Shown here one piece after another: positions 56,482 through 64,000 of a stretch of 64,000 nt of DNA (position 1 is the first letter of the stretch; each line of letters opens with the position of its first letter). A model generated the notes under the pieces. It made no database searches. It saw only the letters and a program-made list of their open reading frames with translations, and had not been told where the DNA came from. Source of the DNA: Jhaorihella sp. Its GTDB lineage: Bacteria; Pseudomonadota; Alphaproteobacteria; Rhodobacterales; Rhodobacteraceae. Both the position numbers and the translations under genes were made by a program. The DNA is taken from the NCBI GenBank assembly GCA_047975215.1, contig JBKEDD010000042.1, forward strand, positions 21,946 through 85,945, read 5' to 3'.

Positions 56482-58185
56482 TTGCGCGACACGGGGATTT
56501 CTCAATCCAGCCGGAATGACGACGTGGTGCTGGGCGACGACTGGGTCGTGCCGGAATACACCGCCGGTCAGGAAATGCAGGCGCAGCGGGCGCGGCGCGG
56601 CTTTTTTTCGCTGCGCGGCTCACCGCTGACCCGAAAAATCATCACCTTCAACCTGATCGCCCTGGCGATACTGGTCGCGGGTATCCTGTACCTGAACAAT
56701 TCGCGCGACAGCCTGGTGCAGCAGCGCGCCATTGCTCTCGTGGCCGAGGCGCGGCTGGTTGCCAACGTGTTCGCCGTGCAGCTGCCATCCCGCGGACCGG
56801 TCAATCTGGCCACCGGCGACGGCATCGACGTGACCGCGACGCTTGACGCGCTGGATCTGCGCCGCGGCGTCGAGGTTCTGGTATTCGACACCGCCGGAAC
56901 CCTGATCGGTCAGACCGAAGGCGTCGATGCGGACGCCTCCGGCCGCGGCGGCGAGACCGGGCGCCGCACGATCATCAGCGACGGCCTGTCGGCGCTGTGG
57001 AACGCCATTTCCGGGCTGGTATCGCCTGAGCCGGCGGAACCGCCGCCAACGCTCGAAACCCGGATGCGCACGATGGTACCCGCCGTCGTCAGCAGCGGTA
57101 CGACCTTCGAAACCGGGCTGGATACCAGGGGCGGCGCGGTGTTCTCGGCCGCGACGCCGATACTGCATGACGGCGCGCCGGTCGGTGTTGTCGCGGTGGC
57201 CAGCCCGTCGGGCGAGATCGACGCGCTGGTCCGCGCCGAACGCGAAAGAGTGCTGGAGATGTTCGTGATCGCGCTGCTCGTGTCGATCGGCCTCAGCCTG
57301 GTTCTGGCTTCGACCATCGCCAATCCGCTGGCCGATCTGGCGGCCGCCGCCGAACTGGGTCGCGACCGCAACGCAAGGCGCGTCAACCCGGGCCGGATCC
57401 GCATCCCCGACCTGAGCGCGCGCCCCGACGAGATCGGCCGTCTGAGCCGGGCCCTGAGGGGCATGGTCTCGGCGCTGTACAACCGGATCGACGGCAACGA
57501 ACAGTTCGCGGCCGATGTCGCCCACGAGATCAAGAACCCGCTGGCGAGCCTGCAATCGGCCGTCGGTACGCTGCGCATGATCAAGCGCGACGATCAGCGC
57601 GAAAAACTGATGGACGTGATCGAACATGACGTGCGCCGCCTCGACCGGCTGGTAAGCGACATCTCCAACGCGTCGCGTCTGGATGCCGAACTGGTCAAGG
57701 AAGAGGAGGAAACCTTCGACCTGCTGAGCATGCTGCGAAACCTGAACCAGTACCTGGGCGAGGACGCGCGCGACAAGGGCATCGACTTCATCACCGACCT
57801 TCCCGCCGATCCGATCATGTTCGACGGGCTCGAAGCGCGTCTGGCGCAGGTTTTCGTCAACCTGATCACCAACGCGATTTCCTTTTGCGAGGACGGCGAC
57901 GCGATCCGTGTCTGGGCCCGCAAGCGGCAGAACCGTGTTCTAATCGTGGTCGAGGATACCGGGCCGGGCATACCCGAAGAGGCGTTGAGCAAGATCTTCA
58001 AACGTTTCTATTCGCAGCGCCCGGACGAACATTTCGGCAATAATTCCGGCCTTGGGTTGGCCATCAGCAAACAGATCGTCGAGGCGCATGGCGGGGTGAT
58101 ATGGGCCGAGAACATCCGCCCGACCGAAGCCGACGTCACGTCCGATCCGCTGGGCGCCCGCTTTGTCGTGGGCCTGCCCGTCTGA
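56482..58185 (+). CDS. chvG: Sensor histidine kinase ChvG/ExoS type
   Basis: TTG start after GAGAGGAA, or ATG 56575. Two TM segments flank a periplasmic domain, then HAMP, H-box AHEIKNPL and an ATPase domain. The track start 56311 overlaps chvI. Confidence 0.85.
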   Translation: MRDTGISQSSRNDDVVLGDDWVVPEYTAGQEMQAQRARRGFFSLRGSPLTRKIITFNLIALAILVAGILYLNNSRDSLVQQRAIALVAEARLVANVFAVQLPSRGPVNLATGDGIDVTATLDALDLRRGVEVLVFDTAGTLIGQTEGVDADASGRGGETGRRTIISDGLSALWNAISGLVSPEPAEPPPTLETRMRTMVPAVVSSGTTFETGLDTRGGAVFSAATPILHDGAPVGVVAVASPSGEIDALVRAERERVLEMFVIALLVSIGLSLVLASTIANPLADLAAAAELGRDRNARRVNPGRIRIPDLSARPDEIGRLSRALRGMVSALYNRIDGNEQFAADVAHEIKNPLASLQSAVGTLRMIKRDDQREKLMDVIEHDVRRLDRLVSDISNASRLDAELVKEEEETFDLLSMLRNLNQYLGEDARDKGIDFITDLPADPIMFDGLEARLAQVFVNLITNAISFCEDGDAIRVWARKRQNRVLIVVEDTGPGIPEEALSKIFKRFYSQRPDEHFGNNSGLGLAISKQIVEAHGGVIWAENIRPTEADVTSDPLGARFVVGLPV

Positions 58186-58189
58186 GCCG

Positions 58190-58645
58190 ATGACCGGCCC
58201 GTCCGACGCCTCGGGCGAGGGTTGCTGCCCGGCAATCGTGCATGCCAGTTGCGTGGCTCTCGACGGTCGCGCGCTGCTGATCGCGGGCGCATCGGGCAGC
58301 GGCAAATCGGCGCTGGCGCTGGCGCTTATGGGGCTGGGCGCGGCGCTGGTGGCGGATGACCGTGTGCAACTGGTATGCCGGAACGGGCGGCTTCTGGCCG
58401 ATGCCCCGCCGCCGATCCGCGGCCTGATCGAGGCTCGCGGCGTGGGCCTGCTTCCGGCGCACCCGGCCGGGCTGACTCCGGTTGTGGCGGTGGTCGATCT
58501 GGACAGTGAAGAAACCGAGCGCCTGCCGCCGCCGCGCCAGACCGTGCTGCTGGGGGTGGCGTTGCCTCAATTTCGCAAGGTCGGGGCTGCGCATTTCCCA
58601 CCCGCCCTGATACAGTATCTGAAGGCAGGACGGCAGGACGCATGA
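58190..58645 (+). CDS. hprK: Truncated HPr kinase/phosphorylase (C-terminal domain only, alphaproteobacterial type)
   Basis: P-loop GASGSGKS. About 150 aa. Classical position after chvG. Confidence 0.8.
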   Translation: MTGPSDASGEGCCPAIVHASCVALDGRALLIAGASGSGKSALALALMGLGAALVADDRVQLVCRNGRLLADAPPPIRGLIEARGVGLLPAHPAGLTPVVAVVDLDSEETERLPPPRQTVLLGVALPQFRKVGAAHFPPALIQYLKAGRQDA

Positions 58646-59541
58646 CCGATACGCGAGAGGATGACAGGGCGACGCGGCTGGTGCTCGTGACCGGGCCGTC
58701 CGGCGCTGGCCGGTCGAGTGCGATCCATGTGCTCGAGGATCTGGGTTTCGAGGCGATCGACAACTTGCCGCTGCGGCTGCTGCCCCGGCTGCTGGACGGG
58801 CCGGCATCGCCCCGTCCCCTGGCGCTGGGCGTCGACACGCGCAACCGCGATTTCTCCACCGCCGCACTGCTCGATCTGATCGACAGGCTGGCGGCGGACC
58901 CGAAGATCGAACTGACGCTGCTGTATCTCGATTGCCGGGCGGACACCCTGTTGCAGCGATTCTCGGAAACCCGCCGCCGGCATCCGCTGGCGCCGTCCGA
59001 AAGCCCCGGCATCGGCGTGCGCCGCGAGTTGAGCCTGCTGGCGCCGATACGCGACCGCGCCGACACCCTGGTCGATACCAGCGACCTGAACGTGCATCAG
59101 CTGCGCGACGAGATCGAACGCTGGTTCGCGCCGCCGGGCGGGCGGCAACTGGCGCTGTCGGTGCAGTCGTTTTCCTACAGGCGCGGGTTGCCGCGCGGCA
59201 TCGACATGGTGTTCGACTGCCGGTTCCTGTCGAACCCGCACTGGCAGCCCGACCTGCGCGGGCTGGACGGGCGCAATGCCGGGGTCGCCGCCCATGTGGC
59301 TGCCGATCCGAGGTTCGCGCCGTTCTTTGCGCAGGTGACGGAACTGATGCGTCTTCTCCTGCCGGCGTTCCTCGCCGAGGGCAAGGCGCACCTGTCGATC
59401 GCATTCGGCTGCACGGGCGGGCAGCACCGCTCGGTCGCCCTCGCCGAGGCGCTGGCCAAAGCCCTTGCGGAGAACGGTCAGCAGGTGTCTATAAGGCACC
59501 GCGAACTGGAAGGCGGCAGAACGGGTAAGGGGCCGGGGTGA
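58642..59541 (+). CDS. rapZ: RNase adapter / P-loop NTPase RapZ (YhbJ)
   Basis: [25 protein letters not shown]-terminus and C-terminal [10 protein letters not shown] motif. Confidence 0.9.
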   Translation: MTDTREDDRATRLVLVTGPSGAGRSSAIHVLEDLGFEAIDNLPLRLLPRLLDGPASPRPLALGVDTRNRDFSTAALLDLIDRLAADPKIELTLLYLDCRADTLLQRFSETRRRHPLAPSESPGIGVRRELSLLAPIRDRADTLVDTSDLNVHQLRDEIERWFAPPGGRQLALSVQSFSYRRGLPRGIDMVFDCRFLSNPHWQPDLRGLDGRNAGVAAHVAADPRFAPFFAQVTELMRLLLPAFLAEGKAHLSIAFGCTGGQHRSVALAEALAKALAENGQQVSIRHRELEGGRTGKGPG

Positions 59542-59948
59542 TCGGGATCGTGATCGTGGCGCATGGCGGACTGGCCAGGGAATACCTGGCGGCGACGGAG
59601 CATGTGGTCGGCAAGCAGCCGGGCTTGATGGCCATTGCCATCGAAGCCGACCACGACCGCCATGCCAAGCAGCAGGAGATCATCGCCGCGGCGGATGCGG
59701 TCGATACCGGCGACGGCGTCGTGGTCGTGACGGACCTGTTCGGCGGATCGCCCTCAAACCTCAGCCTGCGGGCCTGCGCGCAGCCGAACCGGCGCATTCT
59801 TTACGGTGCCAACCTGCCGATGCTGATCAAGCTGGCGAAAAGCCGCCACCTGCCCGTGGGCGAGGCAGTACGCAGTGCGATGGAAGCCGGCCGCAAGTAT
59901 ATCAACGCTCAGAATGTCGGCTCCTCGCGGATGCCCGGCGCGGATTGA
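59538..59948 (+). CDS. manX: PTS EIIA component, mannose family
   Basis: [13 protein letters not shown] with the phosphorylatable His. 136 aa. GTGA overlaps rapZ. Confidence 0.85.
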   Translation: MIGIVIVAHGGLAREYLAATEHVVGKQPGLMAIAIEADHDRHAKQQEIIAAADAVDTGDGVVVVTDLFGGSPSNLSLRACAQPNRRILYGANLPMLIKLAKSRHLPVGEAVRSAMEAGRKYINAQNVGSSRMPGAD

Positions 59949-59955
59949 CAGGCAG

Positions 59956-60234
59956 ATGACCACGATGATCCAGCGACGTTTGAAGATCGTGAACGAAAAG
60001 GGCCTGCATGCCCGCGCCTCGGCCAAACTGGTCGAGGTGGTCGAAGGTTTCGACGCGAATGCCGAGGTTTCGCGCGACGGCTTGTCGGCGTCCGGGGACA
60101 GTATTATGGGTCTGCTGATGCTGGCGGCGGCCCGCGGCACGACGATCGACATCGAAACTTCCGGGCCAGACGCCGAGGCGCTGGCCGACGCGCTCGAGGC
60201 GCTGGTGGCCGACAGGTTCGGCGAAGACGACTGA
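59956..60234 (+). CDS. ptsH: Phosphocarrier protein HPr/NPr
   Basis: IVNEKGLHARASAKL (His-15 region) and GDSIMGLLML (Ser-46 region). 92 aa. Confidence 0.9.
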   Translation: MTTMIQRRLKIVNEKGLHARASAKLVEVVEGFDANAEVSRDGLSASGDSIMGLLMLAAARGTTIDIETSGPDAEALADALEALVADRFGEDD

Positions 60235-60248
60235 AGGCACGGCCAGAG

Positions 60249-61178
60249 GTGGCGCAGGAACCGGAAAGGGCGACATTGGCGCAAACCACGCAAGAGGGCG
60301 ATACGGGCATCGGCAAGGATGATGCCCGGCCGCAAACCGGCGAGATCTACGACCGGCGTACGCTGACCTATGCCAATTCCTTCGACGATGCGTGGACCTC
60401 GTTTGCGATCAAGGCGATCGAATGGTGCACCGGCAAGCTGACCATCCTGCGCATGGTCTCGAAATTCGAAAGGACGAACGCCGTCTATCGCGGCCAGAAA
60501 TTCTGGCGTGGCGCGCTGGACACGATGGGCATCGACCTGCTGACCCCGCCCGAACAGTTGGCCAACATCCCGAAAACCGGCCCGGTCGTGGTGGTTGCCA
60601 ACCACCCGCATGGCATGGTCGACGGCATGATCCTGGCCGATCTGATCGGTCGGGTGCGCGAGGACTATCGCATTCTCACGCGCTCGGTTCTGACCGGGCT
60701 CGACGAGGCGGCGACCTCGTTCATGATTCCGGTGCCGTTTCCCCATGACCCCGAGGCGCAGCGCAAGATGGTGGACATGCGCGCCAACGCGATGGCGCAT
60801 CTTGCTAAGGGCGGCGTCGTGGCGCTGTTTCCGTCCGGCGTCGTGATGTCGGCGGACAGCTGGTCGGGCCCGCCGGTCGAGCGTGAATGGAACGTGTTCA
60901 CCGCCAAGATGATCCGCCGTTCCGGCGCGAAGGTGGTGCCGGTTTTCTTTCCCGGGCGCAATTCGCGCGCCTATCAGATCGCCTGCCGGATATCGCCCGT
61001 ACTGCGCCAGGGCCTGCTGCTGCACGAGATCGTGCGGTCCTGCAACAAGCCTCAGGCGCCGGTTATCGGCGCCCCCCTGAGTGCGCGGCAGATGGCCCCG
61101 CTCGAGGCCGATCCGCGCGGTTTCATGGCCTGGCTGCGGGAACATACGCTGGCACTGGCCGATACGCAGCGGGACTGA
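60249..61178 (+). CDS. Lysophospholipid (PlsC-type) acyltransferase family protein
   Basis: HPHGMVD (HX4D) and FPSG motifs. GTG start is uncertain. Confidence 0.65.
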   Translation: MAQEPERATLAQTTQEGDTGIGKDDARPQTGEIYDRRTLTYANSFDDAWTSFAIKAIEWCTGKLTILRMVSKFERTNAVYRGQKFWRGALDTMGIDLLTPPEQLANIPKTGPVVVVANHPHGMVDGMILADLIGRVREDYRILTRSVLTGLDEAATSFMIPVPFPHDPEAQRKMVDMRANAMAHLAKGGVVALFPSGVVMSADSWSGPPVEREWNVFTAKMIRRSGAKVVPVFFPGRNSRAYQIACRISPVLRQGLLLHEIVRSCNKPQAPVIGAPLSARQMAPLEADPRGFMAWLREHTLALADTQRD

Positions 61179-61182
61179 AGGC

Positions 61183-61206
61183 CCGGGAATTATCGAAAAT
61201 TCCCGG
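61183..61206 (+). terminator. Hairpin CCGGGAATT-N6-AATTCCCGG followed by a T-rich stretch
   Basis: Read directly, 5 nt after the acyltransferase stop. Confidence 0.55.
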
Positions 61207-61228
61207 CCAACTTTCTTCGAAGAAATCT

Positions 61229-61267
61229 GGCCGGGTCCAGGTGGCCGGGTCCAGGTGGCCGGCCAGG
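61229..61267. repeat. Tandem 14-nt repeat GGCCGGGTCCAGGT x2 plus a partial third unit
   Basis: Exact units at 61229-61242 and 61243-61256, followed by ggccggccagg. Abuts the hbd stop. Confidence 0.7.
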
Positions 61268-62143
61268 TTACCGGGTCGGTACCGGCTCTTCGCCGCGATA
61301 GTCGTAAAATCCGCGGCCGGTCTTGCGACCCAGCCAGCCGGCCTCGACATACTTGGTCAGGAGCGGGCAGGGGCGGTACTTGGTATCGGCCAGCCCGTCA
61401 TGCAGCACGTTCATGATTGCAAGGCAGGTATCCAGCCCGATGAAATCGGCCAGTTCCAGCGGCCCCATCGGGTGCTTGGCGCCAAGCTTCATCGACTGGT
61501 CGATGGATTTCACGTTGCCGACGCCCTCGTAAAGCGTATAGACCGCCTCGTTGATCATCGGCATCAGGATGCGGTTGACGATGAAGCCGGGGAAATCCTC
61601 GGCCGACGCGGCGGTTTTTCCCAGCCGCTCGACCACGCCCAGACAGGCATTGTAGGTAACTTCGTCGGTCGCGATGCCGCGGATCAGTTCGACAAGCTGC
61701 ATCACCGGCACGGGGTTCATGAAATGGAACCCCATGAATCGTTCGGGCCGGTCGGTACGGCTGGCCAGCCGCGTGATCGAGATCGAAGAGGTGTTCGAGG
61801 TCAGGATGGTTTCCGGCTTCAGATGCGGCTGGAGATCCTCGAAGATCGCCTGCTTGATGCTTTCGCGTTCGGTCGCGGCCTCGATCACCAGGTCGGCGGC
61901 GCCGATATCGGGCAACTTCAGCGTGGTGGTGATGCGCGCCAGCGCCGACTTCATGTCGGTATCGGAGATCTTGCCGCGCGTTGCCTGGCGCGACAGGTTG
62001 CTGCCGATTGATGACATTGCGCTGTCGAGCGCCTGCTGGCTGACATCGGACATCACCACATCGTAGCCGGCAACGGCCATCACATGGGCGATACCGTTGC
62101 CCATCTGCCCGGCGCCGATCACGCCGATTTTCCGTATGTCCAT
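61268..62143 (-). CDS. hbd: 3-hydroxybutyryl-CoA dehydrogenase
   Basis: Start [19 protein letters not shown]. 291 aa. The upstream part of the track ORF is spurious. Confidence 0.9.
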   Translation of the reverse strand: MDIRKIGVIGAGQMGNGIAHVMAVAGYDVVMSDVSQQALDSAMSSIGSNLSRQATRGKISDTDMKSALARITTTLKLPDIGAADLVIEAATERESIKQAIFEDLQPHLKPETILTSNTSSISITRLASRTDRPERFMGFHFMNPVPVMQLVELIRGIATDEVTYNACLGVVERLGKTAASAEDFPGFIVNRILMPMINEAVYTLYEGVGNVKSIDQSMKLGAKHPMGPLELADFIGLDTCLAIMNVLHDGLADTKYRPCPLLTKYVEAGWLGRKTGRGFYDYRGEEPVPTR

Positions 62144-62301
62144 CCTGTCCGCCTTTCGTCTGGTTGTGCGCACCATACCGACGCGCCGTTGCCCGGGGAA
62201 GGGGCAGCGGCGGCGACAAATTGCTGCAAATGCGAAGATTAGCGGATTGGCAAGAAATGCAAGGCCATTCTGGCGCCGGGTGAGAGAAACAGGTGGGTGA
62301 A

Positions 62302-63114
62302 ATGAGTTACGAATCGCCGGGCGCGGGCACGTCTGTCGCATTGTCCTGCCGCTATGGTGCGTCGCGGTTGCCGGTGCGGGGGCCGCGACGGCCGCTCGAC
62401 CGGCCCTACTGGGCGTTTCTGGGCGGCAGCGAAACCTTCGGCAAATACGTCGCGCATCCGTTTCCGGATCTGGTGGAAACCGGGTCGGGGCGGATCTGCG
62501 TCAACCTGGGCTGTGTCAATGCCGGGCTGGACGCCTTTGCCAACGATCCTGACACGTTGCGTATCGCGCAGGCGGCGGGCCGGGCGGTGATCCAGCTTCC
62601 GGGGGCGCAGAACCTGTCGAACCGGTTCTACCGGGTGCATCCGCGCCGCAACGATCGCTTCCTGACGGCCTCGCCGATGCTGACGGCGATCTATCGCGAG
62701 GTGGACTTTACCGAGTTCCACTTCGTGCGGCACATGCTGGGCGCGCTCCACGACCGCTCGCCCGACCGGTTCGCGCTGGTGCGCAGTGAACTGGAACAGG
62801 CCTGGCAGGCGCGGATGCGGCTTCTGCTGCGCGCCATCGGCGGGCGGGCGGTTCTGCTGTGGCTGCGCTATGGCGACGAGGGCGGTGGCGACCTAGGGTC
62901 GCGGCCGATGTTCGTCACGAGCCCGATGGTCGAGGCGCTGCGCCCGGACGTGGCCGATATCGTCGAGGTCGCGGTCCGGCCCGCCGGCGAAAGCGGCGAA
63001 CTGGGTGACATGGCGTTCGGTGCGATGCAGGCCCCGGCGGCCGCGCATCTGATAGGTCCCGCGACGCATCGCGATGTTGCCGGCCAACTGTTGCGGGTCC
63101 TGCGCCCGTCCTGA
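62302..63114 (+). CDS. Conserved hypothetical protein (DUF6473-like, Rhodobacterales)
   Basis: 270 aa. The family call is from memory of the ..[14 protein letters not shown].. type N-terminus. Function unknown. Confidence 0.5.
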   Translation: MSYESPGAGTSVALSCRYGASRLPVRGPRRPLDRPYWAFLGGSETFGKYVAHPFPDLVETGSGRICVNLGCVNAGLDAFANDPDTLRIAQAAGRAVIQLPGAQNLSNRFYRVHPRRNDRFLTASPMLTAIYREVDFTEFHFVRHMLGALHDRSPDRFALVRSELEQAWQARMRLLLRAIGGRAVLLWLRYGDEGGGDLGSRPMFVTSPMVEALRPDVADIVEVAVRPAGESGELGDMAFGAMQAPAAAHLIGPATHRDVAGQLLRVLRPS

Positions 63115-63120
63115 CACGAG

Positions 63121-63150
63121 AAAGGCCCGCCAGGTATCGGGCGGGCCTTT
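63121..63150. terminator. Bidirectional terminator AAAGGCCCGCC-loop-GGCGGGCCTTT
   Basis: 11-bp stem flanked by A and T runs, between convergent genes. Confidence 0.7.
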
Positions 63151-63189
63151 GCCATTCCTGCGGGGCGCGGGGCTATGCCCGCCCCCGGA

Positions 63190-64000
63190 TCAGAGCTTTT
63201 CGATCAGTTCCGGCACGGCCGAAAACAGATCGGCGACCAGGCCGAAATCGGCAACCTGGAAGATGGGCGCCTCCTCGTCCTTGTTGATGGCCACGATGAT
63301 CTTGCTGTCCTTCATGCCGGCGAGGTGCTGGATCGCGCCGGAAATGCCGACGGCGATATACAGGTCGGGCGCCACCACCTTTCCGGTCTGTCCGACCTGC
63401 CAGTCGTTCGGCGCATAGCCCGAATCGACCGCCGCACGCGATGCTCCGACGGCGGCGCCCAGCTTGTCGGCCAGTTTCTCGATCAGTTCGAAGTTCTCCT
63501 CCGATCCGACGCCGCGGCCGCCCGAAACGACGACGCCGGCGCTTGTCAGTTCCGGACGGTCGCTGGCCGCGACCCTGTCCTCGACCCATTCCGACAGCCC
63601 GGGATTATCCGCCGCCGACACGGTTTCGACCGATGCCGCGCCGCCGGTTCCCGCGGCGTCGAAGGTCGAGGTGCGGATCGTCACGACCTTCGTTGCATCC
63701 GAGGATTTCACCGTCTGAACCGCGTTTCCGGCATAGATCGGGCGTTCGAACGTGTCCGCATCGACGACGCCGGAAACGTCCGAGATCACCATCACGTCAA
63801 GAAGCGCGGCCACCCTCGGCATCACGTTCTTGGCGTCGGTGGTGGCGGGCGCGACGATATGCGTGTAATCGCCGGCAAGGCTCACGATCAGGGCGGCGGT
63901 GCTTTCGGCCAGCCGGTGCCCCAACGAGGGGTCTTCGGCGACCAGCACCCTGGACACACCGTCGATCTTCGCGGCGGCTTCGCCGGCGGCGGCGGCAGAG
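63190..64000 (-). CDS. etfA: Electron-transfer flavoprotein alpha subunit (C-terminal about 270 codons; 5' end beyond the right edge)
   Basis: ..[53 protein letters not shown].. FAD-binding signature. The reading frame stays open to the window end. Confidence 0.9.
   Translation of the reverse strand, partial: SAAAAGEAAAKIDGVSRVLVAEDPSLGHRLAESTAALIVSLAGDYTHIVAPATTDAKNVMPRVAALLDVMVISDVSGVVDADTFERPIYAGNAVQTVKSSDATKVVTIRTSTFDAAGTGGAASVETVSAADNPGLSEWVEDRVAASDRPELTSAGVVVSGGRGVGSEENFELIEKLADKLGAAVGASRAAVDSGYAPNDWQVGQTGKVVAPDLYIAVGISGAIQHLAGMKDSKIIVAINKDEEAPIFQVADFGLVADLFSAVPELIEKL

Noticed and set aside
1-64000. Search for tRNA, rRNA, CRISPR arrays, IS inverted repeats or prophage genes.
   Set aside because: I saw no T-loop/cloverleaf candidates, no regularly spaced repeat arrays and no transposase-like or phage-like translations in any frame. 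A tRNAscan or Rfam run would be needed to exclude small RNAs formally.

Overview
Densely coding, high-GC alphaproteobacterial DNA, probably Rhodobacterales. This is suggested by the pckA / chvI-chvG-hprK-rapZ-manX-ptsH arrangement and a DUF6473 gene. I found no rRNA, tRNA, CRISPR array, IS element or integrase.

Gene content from left to right:
- B12-riboswitch-controlled DUF4198 metal-uptake gene, partial at the left edge
- Ectoine-degradation genes (doeBA / doeX-doeC-doeD)
- marR-MFS plus an RND efflux pair
- Two TRAP transporters separated by a MarR gene fragment
- About 13 kb of quaternary/methylated-amine genes: a ProU-type ABC importer with a fused double permease, two paralogous pairs of choline-kinase-fold kinase and FAD/GcvT demethylase, and DeoR with an IMPase-family phosphatase
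- Six-gene operon: three-subunit glutamate-synthase/N-methylglutamate-synthase-like enzyme, aldehyde dehydrogenase, PuuB-like oxidase and RidA
- gntR-matB, an ALDH7-type dehydrogenase, and lysR with a fused TPP E1 alpha-beta and a FabD-like acyltransferase
- A roughly 5.5 kb accessory-looking segment: Xre/RES toxin-antitoxin, copA-cueR, and a small wHTH gene with a membrane protein
- pckA, the ChvGI/PTS-Ntr cluster, an acyltransferase, hbd, DUF6473 and etfA (partial at the right edge)

Leads most worth follow-up:
1. The duplicated kinase + demethylase modules share a CAACAT-N13-ATGTTG operator with the importer/DeoR promoter region.
2. The NMG-synthase-like operon lacks gmaS and mgd partners.
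3. A structured element of about 55 nt occurs in three copies. Two bracket the accessory segment and two abut TAG stop codons.
4. An orphan promoter-terminator unit could be a small RNA.

All functional calls come from reading the translations for motifs. No database search was run.
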